A stretch of DNA of 64,000 nucleotides from the human T2T-CHM13v2.0 reference genome, Homo sapiens (GCF_009914755.1 NC_060946.1), one strand, 5' to 3'; shown: positions 1-15,754, numbered from the stretch's first letter. The notes: generated from the letters alone by a model not told the origin. Made by a program: numbers and translations.

Positions 1-299
1 GGCCCACAACCATATTTAAGTGGACTAGATGCCAAAGGGGCAAAAATCTTTCCTTTAAATTAAAAGTAGGTGGAGAGCCCACTTTGGACCACAAGCCACT
101 ACAGCCTATACCACAGAGAGAGACTCTGTCCCTAAAAAATACGAAAAACAAAAAAGAAAAATCAACTAGGAGAAAATATTAGCAAAAGGTAAGAGAGATG
201 CTGGGTTATTATCACTAGTCCCAGAGTGGGTTAACCAAGTTGACAAGACAGACACACATGTACACACAAACACACACACATCCCAAGAGAAAAACAGGC

Positions 300-620
300 A
301 AACTGTGTATCTGAACAATTCATTGAAAATGAAATACAAACAACTAATAAAAATGCTCAACCTCACTAACTGTCACGAAAATTCACATTAACATCAAAGT
401 AAGTCCAAGTCTTTAGTCATCAAATCAGCAAAAAAATTAAGCAGTTTTATTATGATATAACTGTCATATGATAAACAGCACTTATTTATTTACAGTATAC
501 AATTTGGTAAGTTTTGATATATGCACTTATATTCTCATGAAATCATCACCACAATCAAGATAGTCAACACATATATCCAAAACCCCCAAAAGTTTCCTTG
601 TGCCCCAATAATAAACATAT
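300..620. mobile_element. Old L1 (L1M) fragments
   Basis: Degenerate L1 3' motifs (atgctcaacctcactaa; catcaccacaatcaagata). Confidence 0.5.
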
Positions 621-979
621 ATTACTTTTGTAATAAAACCTATACAAATATATTGTTTTTAATACTAAAGAGAATGACAAAAAATATATCATCAATAAGG
701 GGAAGCCAATATTCTGAAACACTGAATTACTGTGTTACTCTTAAGAGAATGGTAGTGACCTACCTTGAAACAAAAATTCATAACTCTCTTCCATTTAAAA
801 GTTAAACAACTTCAAAATTCAGCTGTCTCCAATGTCCAAGAATCATTTCTACTTGGTAATAAAAACTGCTTTACACAATAGTGGTGAAAGAAAAAAGGCA
901 GAGAATTGGGGGTGGGGGGCTGCCACAGTCTAGATAAAAAGTGATGAACTGATTACAGTTATCAGTGGGAAGGGGCAGA

Positions 980-1346
980 GTCATAGACTGAGTTGTGCTC
1001 AGTCTCCAACCCGTATGTTGAAGTTCTAACCCTCAGTACCTCAAAATGTCACTGTTTTTAAAGATAAGGTCTTTAAAAAGGTAATTAAAGTGATGTCATG
1101 AGGGTGGGCCTTAATCCAATTGGAGTGGTGTCCTTATAAGAAAAGGGAATGTGGATACAGACACATACAGAGGGAGGCCCATGTGAAGACACAGAGCATG
1201 ACCATCTACAAGCCAACAAAAAAGACATCAGAAGAAACCAACCCTGCTGACACCCTGATCTTGCACTTCTAGCCTCCAGAATGGTAAGAAAATACATTGC
1301 TATATTGTTATGTAATACTTTCTTATGGCAGCCCTTGCAAACTGGT
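980..1346 (+). mobile_element. MLT1A/B MaLR LTR
   Basis: gggtgggccttaatccaat...ccttataagaa...caaccctgctgacacc...cttctagcctccagaa. Confidence 0.85.
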
Positions 1347-1426
1347 AAAGGCAGGAATGAAGATTCTGTAACAGAAATTAATAATAAAAATAAAAATAAA
1401 TTGCTTTACATAAAAATTTTCCTGCT

Positions 1427-1723
1427 ATTGGACATAATGGTTCATGCCCTTGTAATCCCAGCACTTTGGGAGGCTGAGATGGGAGGACTGCCTGCGGCTA
1501 GGAGTTCAAGATCAGCCTGGCCAACACAAAGAGACCCTGTCTCTAGAAAAACTTTAAAAAATTAGCTGGGCATGGTGGTATGTGTAGTCCCAGCTACTTG
1601 TGAGGCTGAGAAAGGAGGACTGCTTGAGCCCAGGAGCTGGAGGCTGCAGTGAGCCATGATTGCATCACCCTAGCCTGGGCAACAGAAAGACCACGTCTCT
1701 TAAGGGAAAAAAAAAAAAAAAAA
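1427..1723 (+). mobile_element. AluJ
   Basis: Alu dimer with A tail. Confidence 0.9.
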
Positions 1724-1724
1724 A

Positions 1725-2033
1725 GGCTGGGTGTGGTGGCTCACTTCTGTAATCCCAGCACCTTGTGAGGCTGAGGCGGGCAGATCACTTGAGGTCAGGA
1801 GTTCAATACCAGCCTGGCCAACATGGTGAAACTCCATCCCTATTAAAAATACAAAAATTAGCCAAGCATGGTGCCAAATGCCTTTAATCTCAGATATCTT
1901 GGAAGCTGAGGCAGGAGAATCGCTTGAACTCAGGAGGAGGACATTGCAGTGAACTGACATCGCTGCCATTAAACTCTAGCCCGGGCAACAGAGTGAGTGA
2001 GACTCCATCTCAAAAGATAGAAAAAAAAAAAAA
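1725..2033 (+). mobile_element. AluS, tandem with previous Alu
   Basis: Alu dimer with A tail. Confidence 0.9.
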
Positions 2034-4173
2034 CCCCTCTCTTTAGTTCTTAGAAAATATGTTATGAAAACTTTAAATTTTTTTGGAAAAAGTCTATCTT
2101 CGTCACCCATCACCATATAACTTCTTTACGTTATTTCTAGGTTAGGATAGTTTTTATGATGTCTTTATAGCTATTCTGGGCATCTGACGAGAGATATAAA
2201 ATAGTTATCTCCCTTCCCCTTCAAATTATTCAATGCTCTATCTCTCTGTCTCTCTCTAGCCATATGAAACATACTGCTTCAGAAGCCCTCGCTGAATCTA
2301 CTGGCCTGAAGACAGACATGAAAAAGAATTGAATTGGAATTCAGGTGGACTGGTGAATGAAACACAATAAGAGCACCAAAGGTCTTATGCCCACATCAGG
2401 CATAAATATAATCTCACAGGAATCCATAAGAAAGTTCTACTAAATAATTGGTAAAAGCTAAAAGATAGAGTTTTCAAGTTAGGATTAACAAGGCCAAGGC
2501 GACTTTCTCCTGCTCTGACACTGCTCCTTTCAGCCTCCTCGTTTTACTCCAGCCTCCATTCTCCACCCCAGCCTGCTGGGAATGAGACTCTGGCACACAA
2601 GTACACAGTATGAATTCTCTCACAGCGTTATTCTCAACAGGGCTGACTCAGATAACTGAATAAACACATCAATTAGCAGTGGGAGATGGGGAGAAAGGTA
2701 AAAACATTTCCTGCAATCCACTTGTAGCCTAGGCACTAGGCGTTTTACAGAAATGCAAGCCAGGCAGAGGCTCTGTTTTCCTAGAGGGGTAATGTAACCT
2801 CCCTTAAGAGGTCAAGAAGAAATTCTTAGTGGATTATTTTGTTACTTACAGAAATTTCTTTTAAAATTTTTGTTAAAAATGTAACAACAATTGTTTATAT
2901 ATTAAGGGAATGAAATTGGGATAGGAGTGATTTAACATTTTCTCTCATATAGCATGCAATGTCTGAATATTTCCCCAAGTATACATTATTAAAAATGTCA
3001 AATGGTTTCAGATTTGTATTAAATTTCCAGGCCATATTCCAAAGTTCTATGCTCAGAAGAGAAGTACAACAGCCTTCAGCAAACTATGAGATAACAGTTC
3101 ACATGAGTATTTCTAGGTATGAATTTACCTCTATACTTATATAAAAATGTTTTGTTTCTATTACCAGAGGCTAAGCTGCTTAAGTATATCTCATCTGAGA
3201 AAAGAAATTACTAGCTTTCTCTTTAGTCCACAAGGCTAGACAGAATAGCTCTTTTCCCTAACCTAGCAATTTATAAACTTTCTTCTGTTTCCAGTTAAAA
3301 GTAATTCCTTCCTTTCCTATATTCTTATAACATTTAGCTTGCATCCCCTATAAGACATTGAAATCTAAAGCCTCATACTTAGCAAACGTAAATATGTATT
3401 TTAACTCCCCTATTAGATTAAAAGGCTCATTATGATGGGTGGAGACAGTCCTGTACAATGTAGAATCCCACATCGTACATAATAAATATGAAGTGTTAAA
3501 CATTTATGAAATAGAGGAAGACTGAGATAGAAAGTCAGGTGTGTGCACATTACAGCAAACTGCTTTGTTGGGCTAGAGAGCATAACAAGGGATAACACAG
3601 AGTGAAACAAGTGTTGGTATCTTGGGTTGATATCAAACTGGAGTGCAGGGATGGGAAAGTAGAAGTGGGGAAGCATTAGGAAAGCAAAGAATCAACATTT
3701 ACATGCTTGTGCTTTATGCACTTAATTTCCTTCTGTCTTACAAACACAGGCTTTAAGAGTTGTTGACCAGCTGTGAGTGAAAATCAAATGTAACTATTAA
3801 TTTCTGAGTTGAGAATGATGTCTTTCTCTTTTAAACCACAGATAGTAACAGAGGCGATACATATTATATACAGCCTTTTGGTGTACAATGTGAAATATGC
3901 TAAATGTTTTCATTCTGAATTCAAACATACAGTTGTCCCTTCATATCTGCAGGTAATTGGTTCCAGGAACCTCCCAGCCCCCGCCCACCACAGATGCCAA
4001 AATCCTTGGATACTCAAGCCCTTTATATAAAATGGCATAGTATTTGCATATAACCTACTTACACACATCCTCTTGTGTACTTTAAATCATCTCTATATTA
4101 CTTATAATACCTAGTACAATGTAAATGTTATGTAAATAGTTGTTATGCTGTAGTGTTTAGAAAATAATGACAA

Positions 4174-4466
4174 GGCCCTGCATGGTGGCTCATGCCTGTA
4201 ATTCCAGATCTTTGGGAGGCTGAGGAGGGAGGATCACTTGAGCCCAGGAGTTTGAGACCAACCTAGGCAACATAGTGGGATCCTGTCTCCACAAAAAATT
4301 TTTAAAAATTAGCTGGGCATGGTAGCATGTGCCTGTAGTCCCAGTTGCTCAGGAGGCTGAGACAAGAGGATCACTTGAGCTTGGGAGATAGAGGCTGTGG
4401 CGAGCTATGATTATGGCACTGCATTCCAGCCTGGGCGACAGAGTGGAACCCTGTCTCAAAAAAAAA

Positions 4467-4498
<32 letters not shown>

Positions 4499-4500
4499 AA
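4174..4500 (+). mobile_element. AluJ nested in MER2
   Basis: Alu dimer with A tail. Confidence 0.9.
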
Positions 4501-4519
4501 GTGTCAAGAAAAAAGAGTC

Positions 4520-4641
4520 TGGTCAGGCCAGTGGCTCACAGCTGTAATCCTAATGCTTTGGGAGGCCAAGGAGGGAGGATCTCTTGAGCTCAGGAGTTTG
4601 AGACCAACCTGGGCAATGGGAGACCCTGTCTCCTAAAAAGA
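4520..4641 (+). mobile_element. FLAM/Alu left monomer nested in MER2
   Basis: Single Alu arm. Confidence 0.85.
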
Positions 4642-6679
4642 AACAATGTCTGTACATGTTTAGTACAGACACAGTCATCCAATTTCCCACCCTAATTTTT
4701 CAATCCGCAGCTACTTGAATCCACAGATGCAGAACCCGTGGCTATGGACAGACAACTATAGTATTACAGTCGTCAAACAGGAACCCATTCAACAGTCTAT
4801 TGCCTTACCCACAGCAATCTCAGAGGTTCAATCATCACCTACCGACAGGTGACTTTCAGTGTTTTTTCTAGGTCCAACCATGTGCCTTCTCCCCAGTTTA
4901 CATGGAATGTAGTAAAACAGAAGAAAGCATGAACCTAAAAGTCAGACTTGAGTTTAAATTCCAATTATACCACTTACCAGATGGGTTGTTTACTTCAGAG
5001 GTGGGTGTGAAAATTAATTGAGAGAGCAGGTGAAACTGTTTTGTTACTGATTCTTTAGCATATTTTCTGTTCCTACTGAATTATTCTGAATATTATTTAA
5101 AACCTATGCACAGTACTGTAAGAGAACACAGAAATGACCCAAAATATAATTGTCTTCATATTTCTAGGATAACTAAAGTCTATGTAATCTTTGAGAGAGA
5201 AGGGTGTATTTTTGTTTATATCTTCTCATTTATTCCTCAACTTCATTCTAATTTTCTCAGTTTGGTCACCTTGAGTCCCACTTATATACATAAACTGCTA
5301 TTGTATTGCTTCTAATCAACAGGCTGCAAATCCTAAAAGCTTCTCAATTCCCATACCACATATATGGTCAGAATGGATCATGCACACAAACAGATCAATA
5401 TTAATTTTATTCACACCATCATAAAAGAATCACTTCATTATTTTGGTAGAGCATATTCTCACCAGTTTATTACCACTGACAATGTCACTAATAGTTTTTC
5501 TAGTGCTATTTATAAATGGAAATTAATTTTCTAGGATTATAATACAAATAAAATGTTTTTACTTTTAAGTATTTTTACAAATTATATCATTTTGATCCCT
5601 TGGGATTTGCTTAGATGGGCTCAGATTTCAAACTCTATTTGCCTTTGTTTAAAAAAAAAGAGTACCTAGGCAAAGGCCTGTCATTCTCAGATCTGGTACT
5701 AAAAGCAGTGGCTTCTGCCCAGCTGTCTGTGACAAGAGGAAAATAACAGCTATATAACTGTTCTCTCAGAAAGATAAGAAGACAACACTGGATTTAAAAT
5801 CATCTAGGATCCGTTTTTTTAAAAAAATTAACTCTGTAGAAGAACAGACCAGGAAAATCCAGATAAATAAATCAGATAAACACATACAAAGACAAAACAA
5901 TGCTCATTTGCAAGACTTAAAGCAAAATTACTCTAGATTCTTAACTTACACAAATACTTAAATCCCAAATCTCCTTCCTTCAGTATCTAAAATATTCTCG
6001 TTTTTTGTTTTGTTTTGTTTTGTTTTTAAGTCTAAAGACAACCAAGCTATTGAACTGTTCTTAACTTTTTTTTTAAACTACCATAACCTAGAGGAGAGCT
6101 GTAGGGTAGAATTGTTTTGCTTTTCTCACCTCAAGAAAGTTTCACAATTTTGAGCACCCAGAGCAGACAAAAGTGTTAAGTGTCTAATAATCCTGAATAC
6201 ATTTCTGGTAAGTTAGGTAAAAGTAATACATTTTCTCTTTTACAATACATCTGAACTACACTCAGAGCCATAAGATGTTAGGCAACTTGTAGGTAAATGT
6301 GATGTTGAGAGGAAAAATCTATACAATGAAATCTCCATGTAGTCTCCAAATATTTACCTTCAGGTTGAATTCTAAGAGTTCGCTTTTCACTTGGTTGTCT
6401 GGAACTTACTGAATGGCCAAGATCCCAAGGAAGCTCATGGAAACAGATTCAATGATTATATAATAAGGATTACTGTAATAAAAACCAATCGCCATTGAAG
6501 TATTAGTTTAAGAAAAAAATGTCTAATTTCGGGTAAGGAGTTCAGACACACCCATTCCTGCTTCAGTCTCAACAGTAAGATGCAGTAAGAAACTACTTCC
6601 ATACAACCCAGCTCCTCACACCTACCAACTCATCTTTTACCTTGTTCTTTGAAAGCAAAGATGACCATATTTTATTGCG

Positions 6680-6825
6680 TATAACACCCATTCAGGGAAC
6701 ATATTTAAAAATGCACATGTCAAGATCCTTTCCCCATAGATTAGGATTCAGTGGGTTGGAACAGGACCCTGGTACTTACTGGTGTAGATGGTTTGGGTCC
6801 CACATTCTGAGAAACACTGACTTAG
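6680..6825. mobile_element. MER5-like hAT fragment
   Basis: ttaaaaatgcacat...cacattctgagaaacactg. Confidence 0.5.
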
Positions 6826-6943
6826 AGGCTTTGGCTGGCAAAATGGGAGAGAATTATGGTTACAGCATGCCTCCAGGACATGTCCTGAAGCATCTACACC
6901 TTTAGAAGAACAGAGTCAGTTAAGAGATTAAAGAGGGCATAGA

Positions 6944-7312
<369 letters not shown>

Positions 7313-7695
7313 CTAAAAGTAGAGGGTTACCTTCTTATATGGAACCTGCAGCTAAGAGAATAAACACTAGTTGTTTTCTAAAGTGCAAATCTACTGAAAT
7401 GTAGGCCTCACAATGGATCCTTCTTTTAGCGTGGGTATAACTAAAGAATCAGGACCAAAAGATGAGTGTGCTGCAGTCATGTAAGGGGGCGTTGGAATTC
7501 AGGAACACGACCAGTACAATCTTGAGCTCTTATAAACAGACAATTAATAAAATAAATTTTTAAAAAACCAGGCAATACAATATAAATCCTTGCTTAGAAT
7601 ACCAATAAATGACACAAGCTGGTATATGTAAATTTAAGGGCAGTTACAGGCTTGGCCAACAAGAATATTGTAAACTTGCCTCCAAATCACTTGTC

Positions 7696-7730
<35 letters not shown>
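7696..7730. repeat. (CA)n microsatellite
   Basis: Direct. Confidence 0.95.
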
Positions 7731-7732
<2 letters not shown>

Positions 7733-8246
7733 CTCTTCTGAATTACTCAGAGGGAAAAGCCAGTCCGGTCTTTCCCTTGAGGCTGAGTTTTGAAATCTCA
7801 CAGCAATGAATATTTAAACAGGAAAATAAATATTTCAGAACAAAGTCATTCAAACCTATAGTCTATTAGGTGAAAAGCAACAAACCCTGTAATAGTCTTA
7901 ATATTTCCAACCTCTTAAAAGCTCTTTCCTCTATTTCTCCTTAAACAAGTATTTAGAACCTCAAACATTCATGAATCATGTCTTCCACTGGCAACAACAG
8001 ACAGCAAGAACTACTCTGGTTCAGCTACCTGCTTCTTTGGAAATGGAAGGCCCTTACAATTAATAGTTAACTGTCTGTTCTATTCAATGTAAATATTCTA
8101 TTCCAATGGATTTACACAATCCATGGAAAATTATTCTTTTTCTCAACCAAACTTTTCACTACAATCTAAATTAATTTATTATTTTGTCATCATGGACAAT
8201 TAAGTTTGCATCTTCCATATGCTAAACTGGAATAGCCTTAAAAATA

Positions 8247-8550
8247 GGCCAGGTGGCATTGCTCACACCTGTAATCCCAGCACTTTGGAAGGCCGGGGTG
8301 GGAGGACTGCTTGAGGCCAGGAGTTCAAGACCAGCCTGGGCAACATAGCGAGACCCTATCTCTACAAAAAAAATTTTTTTAAATAGCCAGGTGTGGTGGC
8401 ATGCACCTGTAGTACTACCTACTCAGGGGGCTGAGGTGAGAGGACCACTTGAGCCCAGGAGTTTGAGGATGCAGTGAGCCTAGATCACACCACTGTACTC
8501 CATCCTGAGCAACAGAGAGAGACCATGTCTCTAAGGAAAAAACAAAACAA
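8247..8550 (+). mobile_element. AluJ
   Basis: Alu dimer. Confidence 0.9.
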
Positions 8551-9199
8551 AGAAATAGATGTCACTCAGGTTCCAAATAAAACACTGGCAAAGTAGTAGA
8601 GTGTCTTCTGAATTACAAAATATTTAATTATGCTTTATAAATTTTGTTGGGTATTCTGTTGTAGTCTACCTCTTTAAAATAGAAAATTCACATGATATAC
8701 ATATAGTAACAGAGAAAAATTTTCCCTATCCCTTTCCCAGAACAAAACACATTTTGTCTACAACCATGGTTACATGGTGGCTTATATATTCTTTAATCAT
8801 TTAACAAGTAAAGTCCCTAAGTCAACCAGGGACTGAATCATAAACGTCTTCATCATAGCTTCCTCACCAAATGAAGTGATGATGAGCATATAGGAAGTGC
8901 CCTTTAGAAAATGCCTGGTAATTGAATTAACCAGGTAATTGAATACCTGCTTCTGCAGTATAAGTCTATAAAAAAAAGATAGGAACCATTCTCTCAATAG
9001 CTTTACCAACTCTGCCAGGGACCTTACCACAATATAAATAATCATTCTATTAAGATACATATAAGGCTATATGTGGGAGTCCACATTATGTACTATGGGA
9101 AATTAAAAGAAAAATGAGCCATTGCTCTCACCTAGGCTATCTAAATAACATTTTTTTTGGTTTTTAAAGAGTTCTGCTTTATTTTAACTTAACCTCAAC

Positions 9200-10455
9200 C
9201 TAATGAACTCTCCAAGCACCTGCCAGAATGATCTTTCTAAAATAAAACCTAAATCTGATAGTTAATTTATCTTCTTCTTAAAATCCTAGACTGCCAATGT
9301 TTACAGTCTCAAGTCCAAATACCTTTGCATGGAAGTCATGCCCCTTGCACACTTCATCTATTCAGCTTCAACTCTTGCCATCAAATATTTATTGAGTATC
9401 TATCATTCATCAGATATTCTGTTCTAGCTGCTGATGAAACAACGATGATTAAAAAGACAAAGTCCCTGCCCTTATGGAGTTTACATTCTAGTAGGAAGAG
9501 ACAAATAATAAATTGGCAAGTAAAACAATAAACAGATGGTATGCTACAGAGAAAAAATAAGAGGAGGGTATCGGGGTATTGGGCTGGAGAGACAGAGAAT
9601 TTCTATTTTCTAAGGCTGGTCTAGCAAGGTAACACTGATCATAATTTTTTAGAAACTAAGGCAACAAGCTATACGTGTATCTGGATGGAAGAAGACTCCA
9701 GACAAAGGGAACACAAATGCAAAGTCCCACAGGCAAAAATACAAGCAGCTCATTCTAAGAACTAGGAACATGGAGGCCTTGGAGACCTATGTGATCAGAC
9801 TGGAGTAAGCATGGAACAGAGTGGCAGGAGATGAAGCGAGAAAGGTAGCAGTGGGGAAAGAGGGACGTTGATAGAAATCCTGTAAAGCTTACAGCCACTG
9901 CAGGGAGGTTAGCTTTTACACTCCACTGAGAGTTCTGAGCAGAGAAGTGATGTGGTCAGAATTAGGTTTTAAATGTACCACTCGGCAAAGGCAAAGGCAG
10001 GGAGCCCTGTTGGGAGGCGACCCTGATAATTCAGCTGAGATGAAGAGGGTTTGGTGCAGGTGGTAATCTAATGTGTGTCGAATGCTGAAAACACCACGTA
10101 CTGTTTCACCTTCCAGTTTCTTTGCACATAGTATTCTTTCTGCTTAGAAAGCTTTTCTCCTTTCTACTCATTGGGCTAATACATACACAATCTTTAATAG
10201 GTATTTGGGCATCTACTCCTCTCTAGAGGTTTCTAATTCACTCAAAAAGGGGGAAAATCATTCCTTCCTCCTACCCTCCCCAACCTAATACTTAACTCTA
10301 TTATGGTACTTATATTCAATTACAATTATTTGCTTACATATGTATTGTCTTTACAGAACATGAACTCTTTGAAGGCAGGTAATTGTCCAGATCTAATTCA
10401 TCTTTGTATCCCAGTGGCTGCCTTAAAATCTCTCAATAAGTATTTATTAAAGAAA
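9200..10455. mobile_element. L2 fragments (minus L2 about 9380-10060 within plus L2 pieces)
   Basis: caaatatttattgag...gtccctgcccttatggagtttacattctag; plus 3' end ctcaataagtatttattaa. Confidence 0.7.
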
Positions 10456-11048
10456 TAAAAGATGTTTCAACCCAGTAGAGTATATAAGCAAACACAAAGT
10501 TCTGTTATAACAAAAATGATATGGTGGTACAGGAAGTGACCAACACTCAGCATCAGGAAACAAAGGTGATATGAGGTAGGGAAGACAAGGAGATTCATTA
10601 GAAGGATACCACAAACTTTGAAGGGACTTACACTAAAGCTATGAACTACATACAATAGCCACAGCGAGATATAGACTGGGGGGCCTGAGCAATGACAATC
10701 CAAAGGCAGACTTGGCAGAACCTGGCAACGGGTATGAAGGAGAAGAAGACTACTAGATTTCAACCCCAGGGTACTGTAGGCTAACAAGGAGTGAGCAAGA
10801 AAGAGTGGGAAAGGAGAAAGGATCAATTCTAGCAGTCCAAGATGTTCCTGATATAAACTAATTAGATTCTATTTTTTCATATTTGAAGTTCATTCTGTTT
10901 TCTAAATGCATTCTAAAATATCTTTGATAGTTATTTCCAGAGTGTTTTTGGTAATTCATTTTTTCTTTTTAAATTTTATTTTTTATCTTTATCAAATTAA
11001 CACATGCACATGATAGCAAATCAAATAGGTAAGAAGAGCTTATGATTA

Positions 11049-11430
<382 letters not shown>

Positions 11431-11439
11431 TTAATAGTT

Positions 11440-11912
11440 CCCTAAAAGGCAGAGGTTCCCAGGCCAGAGGCTGCCATTAGGGATTACTGACTGCTCTGAC
11501 CACCCCCAAGCTTTGGCAACACATACTCAGTACACACCTGATCTACCCATAGGACTGTAGGACCTGGCCTCCTCTCCTGAGGCCGCTGAAGGAAGGGGTC
11601 AAGTGAGTTAACTGTTTGTATGGCAAACTTTGACCAAAAGGGGGAGGAGCAGGAAATGGGAGGAAACCATAAACACCTCTTCACACCTTCTTTGGATGGA
11701 AAGGACAGAGAAGCAATAGCTCTACACAACCTTCCTGAAGACTTCCAGTAAAACCAAGCAATCAGCAAGGCCTATTACAAAGAGAGGGCCAGCCTTTCTG
11801 CCTTGTCTCACTCTTCTTTCCCTCCTGCTTTCCTGAGATGGTACTCCCCAATAAAGTGTTAGTGGGTAAGGTTTTTGTTTCAGGTTGTTTTCTAGAGAAC
11901 ACTAGCTAAGAA
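11440..11912 (+). mobile_element. LTR16-like ERVL LTR
   Basis: ctttgaccaa...ccccaataaagtgttag...ctagctaagaa terminus. Confidence 0.6.
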
Positions 11913-11919
11913 CAGAGTC

Positions 11920-13325
11920 TATGACTTGTGTCTTGTATTTTCCATTTTGGTGAATTAAACCTCTACTTTTTGGGAGCATCTCCAACTCTATTTGGCTATC
12001 CTTCTACTGTGTGCTTTCCATTGACAATAATGTTCTAAATCTCCTTTTGCATTCTCTAATTGTTTGCTCTTCATTATACCTAGTATTGGTTTTATAAATG
12101 AGTATTTATGAGTATTTTAGTTAGAAGATTCCTTTAAAGTTCTCTTCTGTTTCCTGCATTATCTTTTGCCCCTAGGTTCAGGTTTTCTTTTTGTTTTTTC
12201 TGGTCTCTTTCATGCTAAAAGTTCCTCTAAGACTTCTAATGATCCTCACGTACTGGTAACCCAGGTAAAAGGACTTGTTAGCTAGTATGAGTTTCCTCTG
12301 TGAATTTGCTTTCTGATTACATCTCTCTTTGGAATTAAAATTCTAATGGGAACTCAGTATAAGACAGAGAAGAGCATGTCACTGGCAGGCTTTGTGTTAG
12401 TGTAAGCCACTAGCAAAGTGCAGAATGCCCTCCCTCTCCATCCCCCTAAATATGAGACTAAAGGAAGAGGTGCCAATATCTAACACACACACAAAATTAA
12501 ATTTCCCCAAACATTCTGATCAACTTCTTTGGAGACAAACACTGTTTTATGTTTTGTTTTTCCTTTGGGTTGTCTTTTTTTTTTTTTTTGAGAGTGAGTC
12601 TCACTCTGTCGCCCAGGCTGGAGTGCAGTGGCACAATCCTAGCTCACTGCAACTTCCACCTCCGGGTTCAAGTGATTCTCCTGCCTCAGCCTCCCAAGTA
12701 GCTGGGATTATAGGCACCTGCCACCACGCCTGGCTAATTTTTGCATTTTTAGTAGAGACAGGGTTTCACCATGTTGGCCAGGCTGGTCTCCACCTGACCT
12801 CAGGTGATCCGCCCGCCTCGGCCTCCCAAAGTGCTGAGATTACAGGCATGAGCCACCGCATCCGGCCTTGTTTTTCCTTTGTTAATGCTAGAGAAAGGGG
12901 ATGGCATAGTACTTGCTGACTACTGCCACTGGGAAGGGGTTGGAAAGGGTTTGGCAATGCCAGGTAACTGAGTTATCCCCTAAATAAACACTGAATTCCT
13001 CTGTTTTCTGTCTCTTTCATTTTTGCTCAGAGAGCTCCCATGGGTTCCCCCTGGACAGACTGGCTTCCATAACACTAGCAAGCAGCCTCCTTGTATTCAC
13101 CAACAGGCATCTGCTTATTCTTCATTTCATCCAACTATTGGTTCTCATTTGTTTTAGCTTTTCCAGAAATTTAATAACTCTCTTGTATATTAGTGCTACA
13201 TTTCACCTTTTTCTATTTGCTATTGCTGATTTATTTTTTGTACTTCTATACTGTTATTTCAGGGGAGTCTTGTAAGAGATGTGAGGCAAATGAAAGCATC
13301 TATCTACCATCTTGACCCAGAAGTA
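11920..13325 (-). mobile_element. Old L1M 5' region (degenerate)
   Basis: T-rich; ends ccatcttgacccagaagt, typical of an L1M 5' terminus. Confidence 0.45.
12575..12867 (-). mobile_element. AluS
   Basis: Reverse Alu dimer. Confidence 0.9.
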
Positions 13326-13614
13326 ATGATTTATTTTCTGCAAAACAAGATTTCAACCATAAATGAGTTCTGTTAATTCCAGTTTCCTGTATATATTTGA
13401 GAAACGTTAAATAACTATTAAACATTTATGTTTCTTTAAAAAACTTTTAAGAACTCGAAGATTTATTAAAAGAAAATTAGAGAAGATTAAAAGGAAAATA
13501 AGAAGTGTTTACTACAATTTTTAAAACTGCCTGTATACTTATGCTTTAATAAATTAGACACATTTAAATTACAGGAAGCAAAGCAACTCAGAGAAGGATC
13601 AAAACTAAATATGT

Positions 13615-13915
13615 GGCCGGATGCAGTGGCTCACGCCTGTAATCCCAGCACTGTGGAAGGCCGAGGCGGGTGGATCATGAGGTCAGGAGATCAAGACCAG
13701 CCTGGCCAACATGGTGAAACCCCATCTCTACTAAAGATACAAAAAATTAGCCAGGTGTGGTGGCGCACACCTGTAATCCCAGCTACTCGGGAGGCTGAGG
13801 CAGGAGATTCGCTTCAACTCAGGAGACGGAGGTCACAGTGAGCCGAGATCGCGCTATTGCACTCCAGACTGGGAGACAGGATGAGACGGACGAGACTCCA
13901 TCTCAAAAAAAAAAA
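13615..13915 (+). mobile_element. AluS (Sc/Sg-like)
   Basis: Alu dimer; TSD about ctaaatatgt. Confidence 0.9.
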
Positions 13916-14684
13916 CCCTAAATATGTGCTGTAAGTCACAGTCCTAATGCCATCTACAAACACACCCAGCACTATATGCTAAACATTATTTTAAATCCTT
14001 ACAAACAGAAAAGATTTGCAAGGGTCTAACTACTCTCAGAAACAAAAGAAAACATCAAGTATTTACCAGTTAGAATGCCTAATTTTTCATCTCCCTCCTT
14101 CTTCATGAATGCAATAGTAGCCAAGATCAGAATGCAGTCTAAAGAGGAAAATAATTCCCGTTACCCCACTGATCTCTAGCAAATGGATCAATAAGGCAGG
14201 CCATGGACTCTGATCCTTCAATCAGGAATGGCAATGAAATGTAAACCAGTGATTACAACATTGAATCCTTTATCACAATGAGGCCAGCCTGGAGAAGAAA
14301 TGGGAGTCCTATGTTAGAAGTAGTCATCAGAAATGCTATTATAAACAGACTGTTATTACTGAACAGGAAAACCTATCTCAACTTAAGAAAGGTGGCCTGC
14401 GGAAGACAGAACTAGGGATACCTGAAACCAGCTAACAAAAGAACCAAAAACAAGCCATCCATATTTTAATAGTTGTTTAGTAATGAAAATGTTTGTAGTT
14501 TTCACTCCACATTTCCTGTGAAAGTCAAGTCAATGCTAAACCAACAGGGCATACTTTAAAAAAGCATAAAAAGACATATCTATTTCTTCTCTTTACTTAT
14601 AGTCTTCCTCACTTGAAACTTCATTATTATCATTATCAATTAAATCAACTACACTATCCAGCTTCATTCAAGAATAATTTTCTA

Positions 14685-14951
<267 letters not shown>

Positions 14952-15259
14952 TTAATAAGATAAAATTTTGGGAAGCCAAAATGCATCAGATAGTCAAATT
15001 AATCAATTCTGTGCTTACCCCAGAGGAACCAAAGGCTCCAAGACAATTAGTAGACATTTCTCAAGGGTTTGGCCAAAGGTGGGTTACAGAGACTTGGTGG
15101 GGGAAGGCAGAGTTTATGTAAAGAAAAAGTTAACTAAATGTCTTCAGGCCTTCAAATAAATTTTGACTAAGTGAAAAAAAAAAAAAAAGAAAAAGTTTAA
15201 TAGTAAGGTCTGTATTCTTTATATTATACTTAATGTAATACCTGTCATCAAAATGGGGG

Positions 15260-15445
15260 CAGGGCCAGAAATAGCATAAACTTTAGAAAGATAAACATGG
15301 GTTAAAATTTAGGCTCTGCAATGAATGTACTATTTGTGTGACCTTAGATGAGTAACTTAAGCTCTCAAGGCCTTCGGTTTTTCATCTGCAAAATGAAAAT
15401 AAGGATCATTACCTAAAAGGGTACCTACAAGAATTAACTAAGATA
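15260..15445 (+). mobile_element. MIR
   Basis: tgtgtgacctt...ttcatctgcaaaatg core. Confidence 0.7.

Positions 15446-15754
<309 letters not shown>

Larger units (their letters stand above)
3930..4758 (+). mobile_element. MER2 (TcMar-Tigger) interrupted by two Alus
   Basis: TA-cagttgtccc...gacaacta-TA termini; ataaaatggcatagtatttgcatataacctac core. Confidence 0.85.

Noticed and set aside
12425-12919. Longest ORF (164 aa) and many similar 60-130 aa ORFs
   Set aside because: Alu- or microsatellite-derived translations.
14061-14210. Possible extra first exon (MKKEGDEKLGILT with CTG|GTAAAT donor at 14067)
   Set aside because: Phase 1 is incompatible with the phase-0 junction, there is a stop in the phase-0 frame, and the donor is modest; a non-coding exon cannot be excluded.
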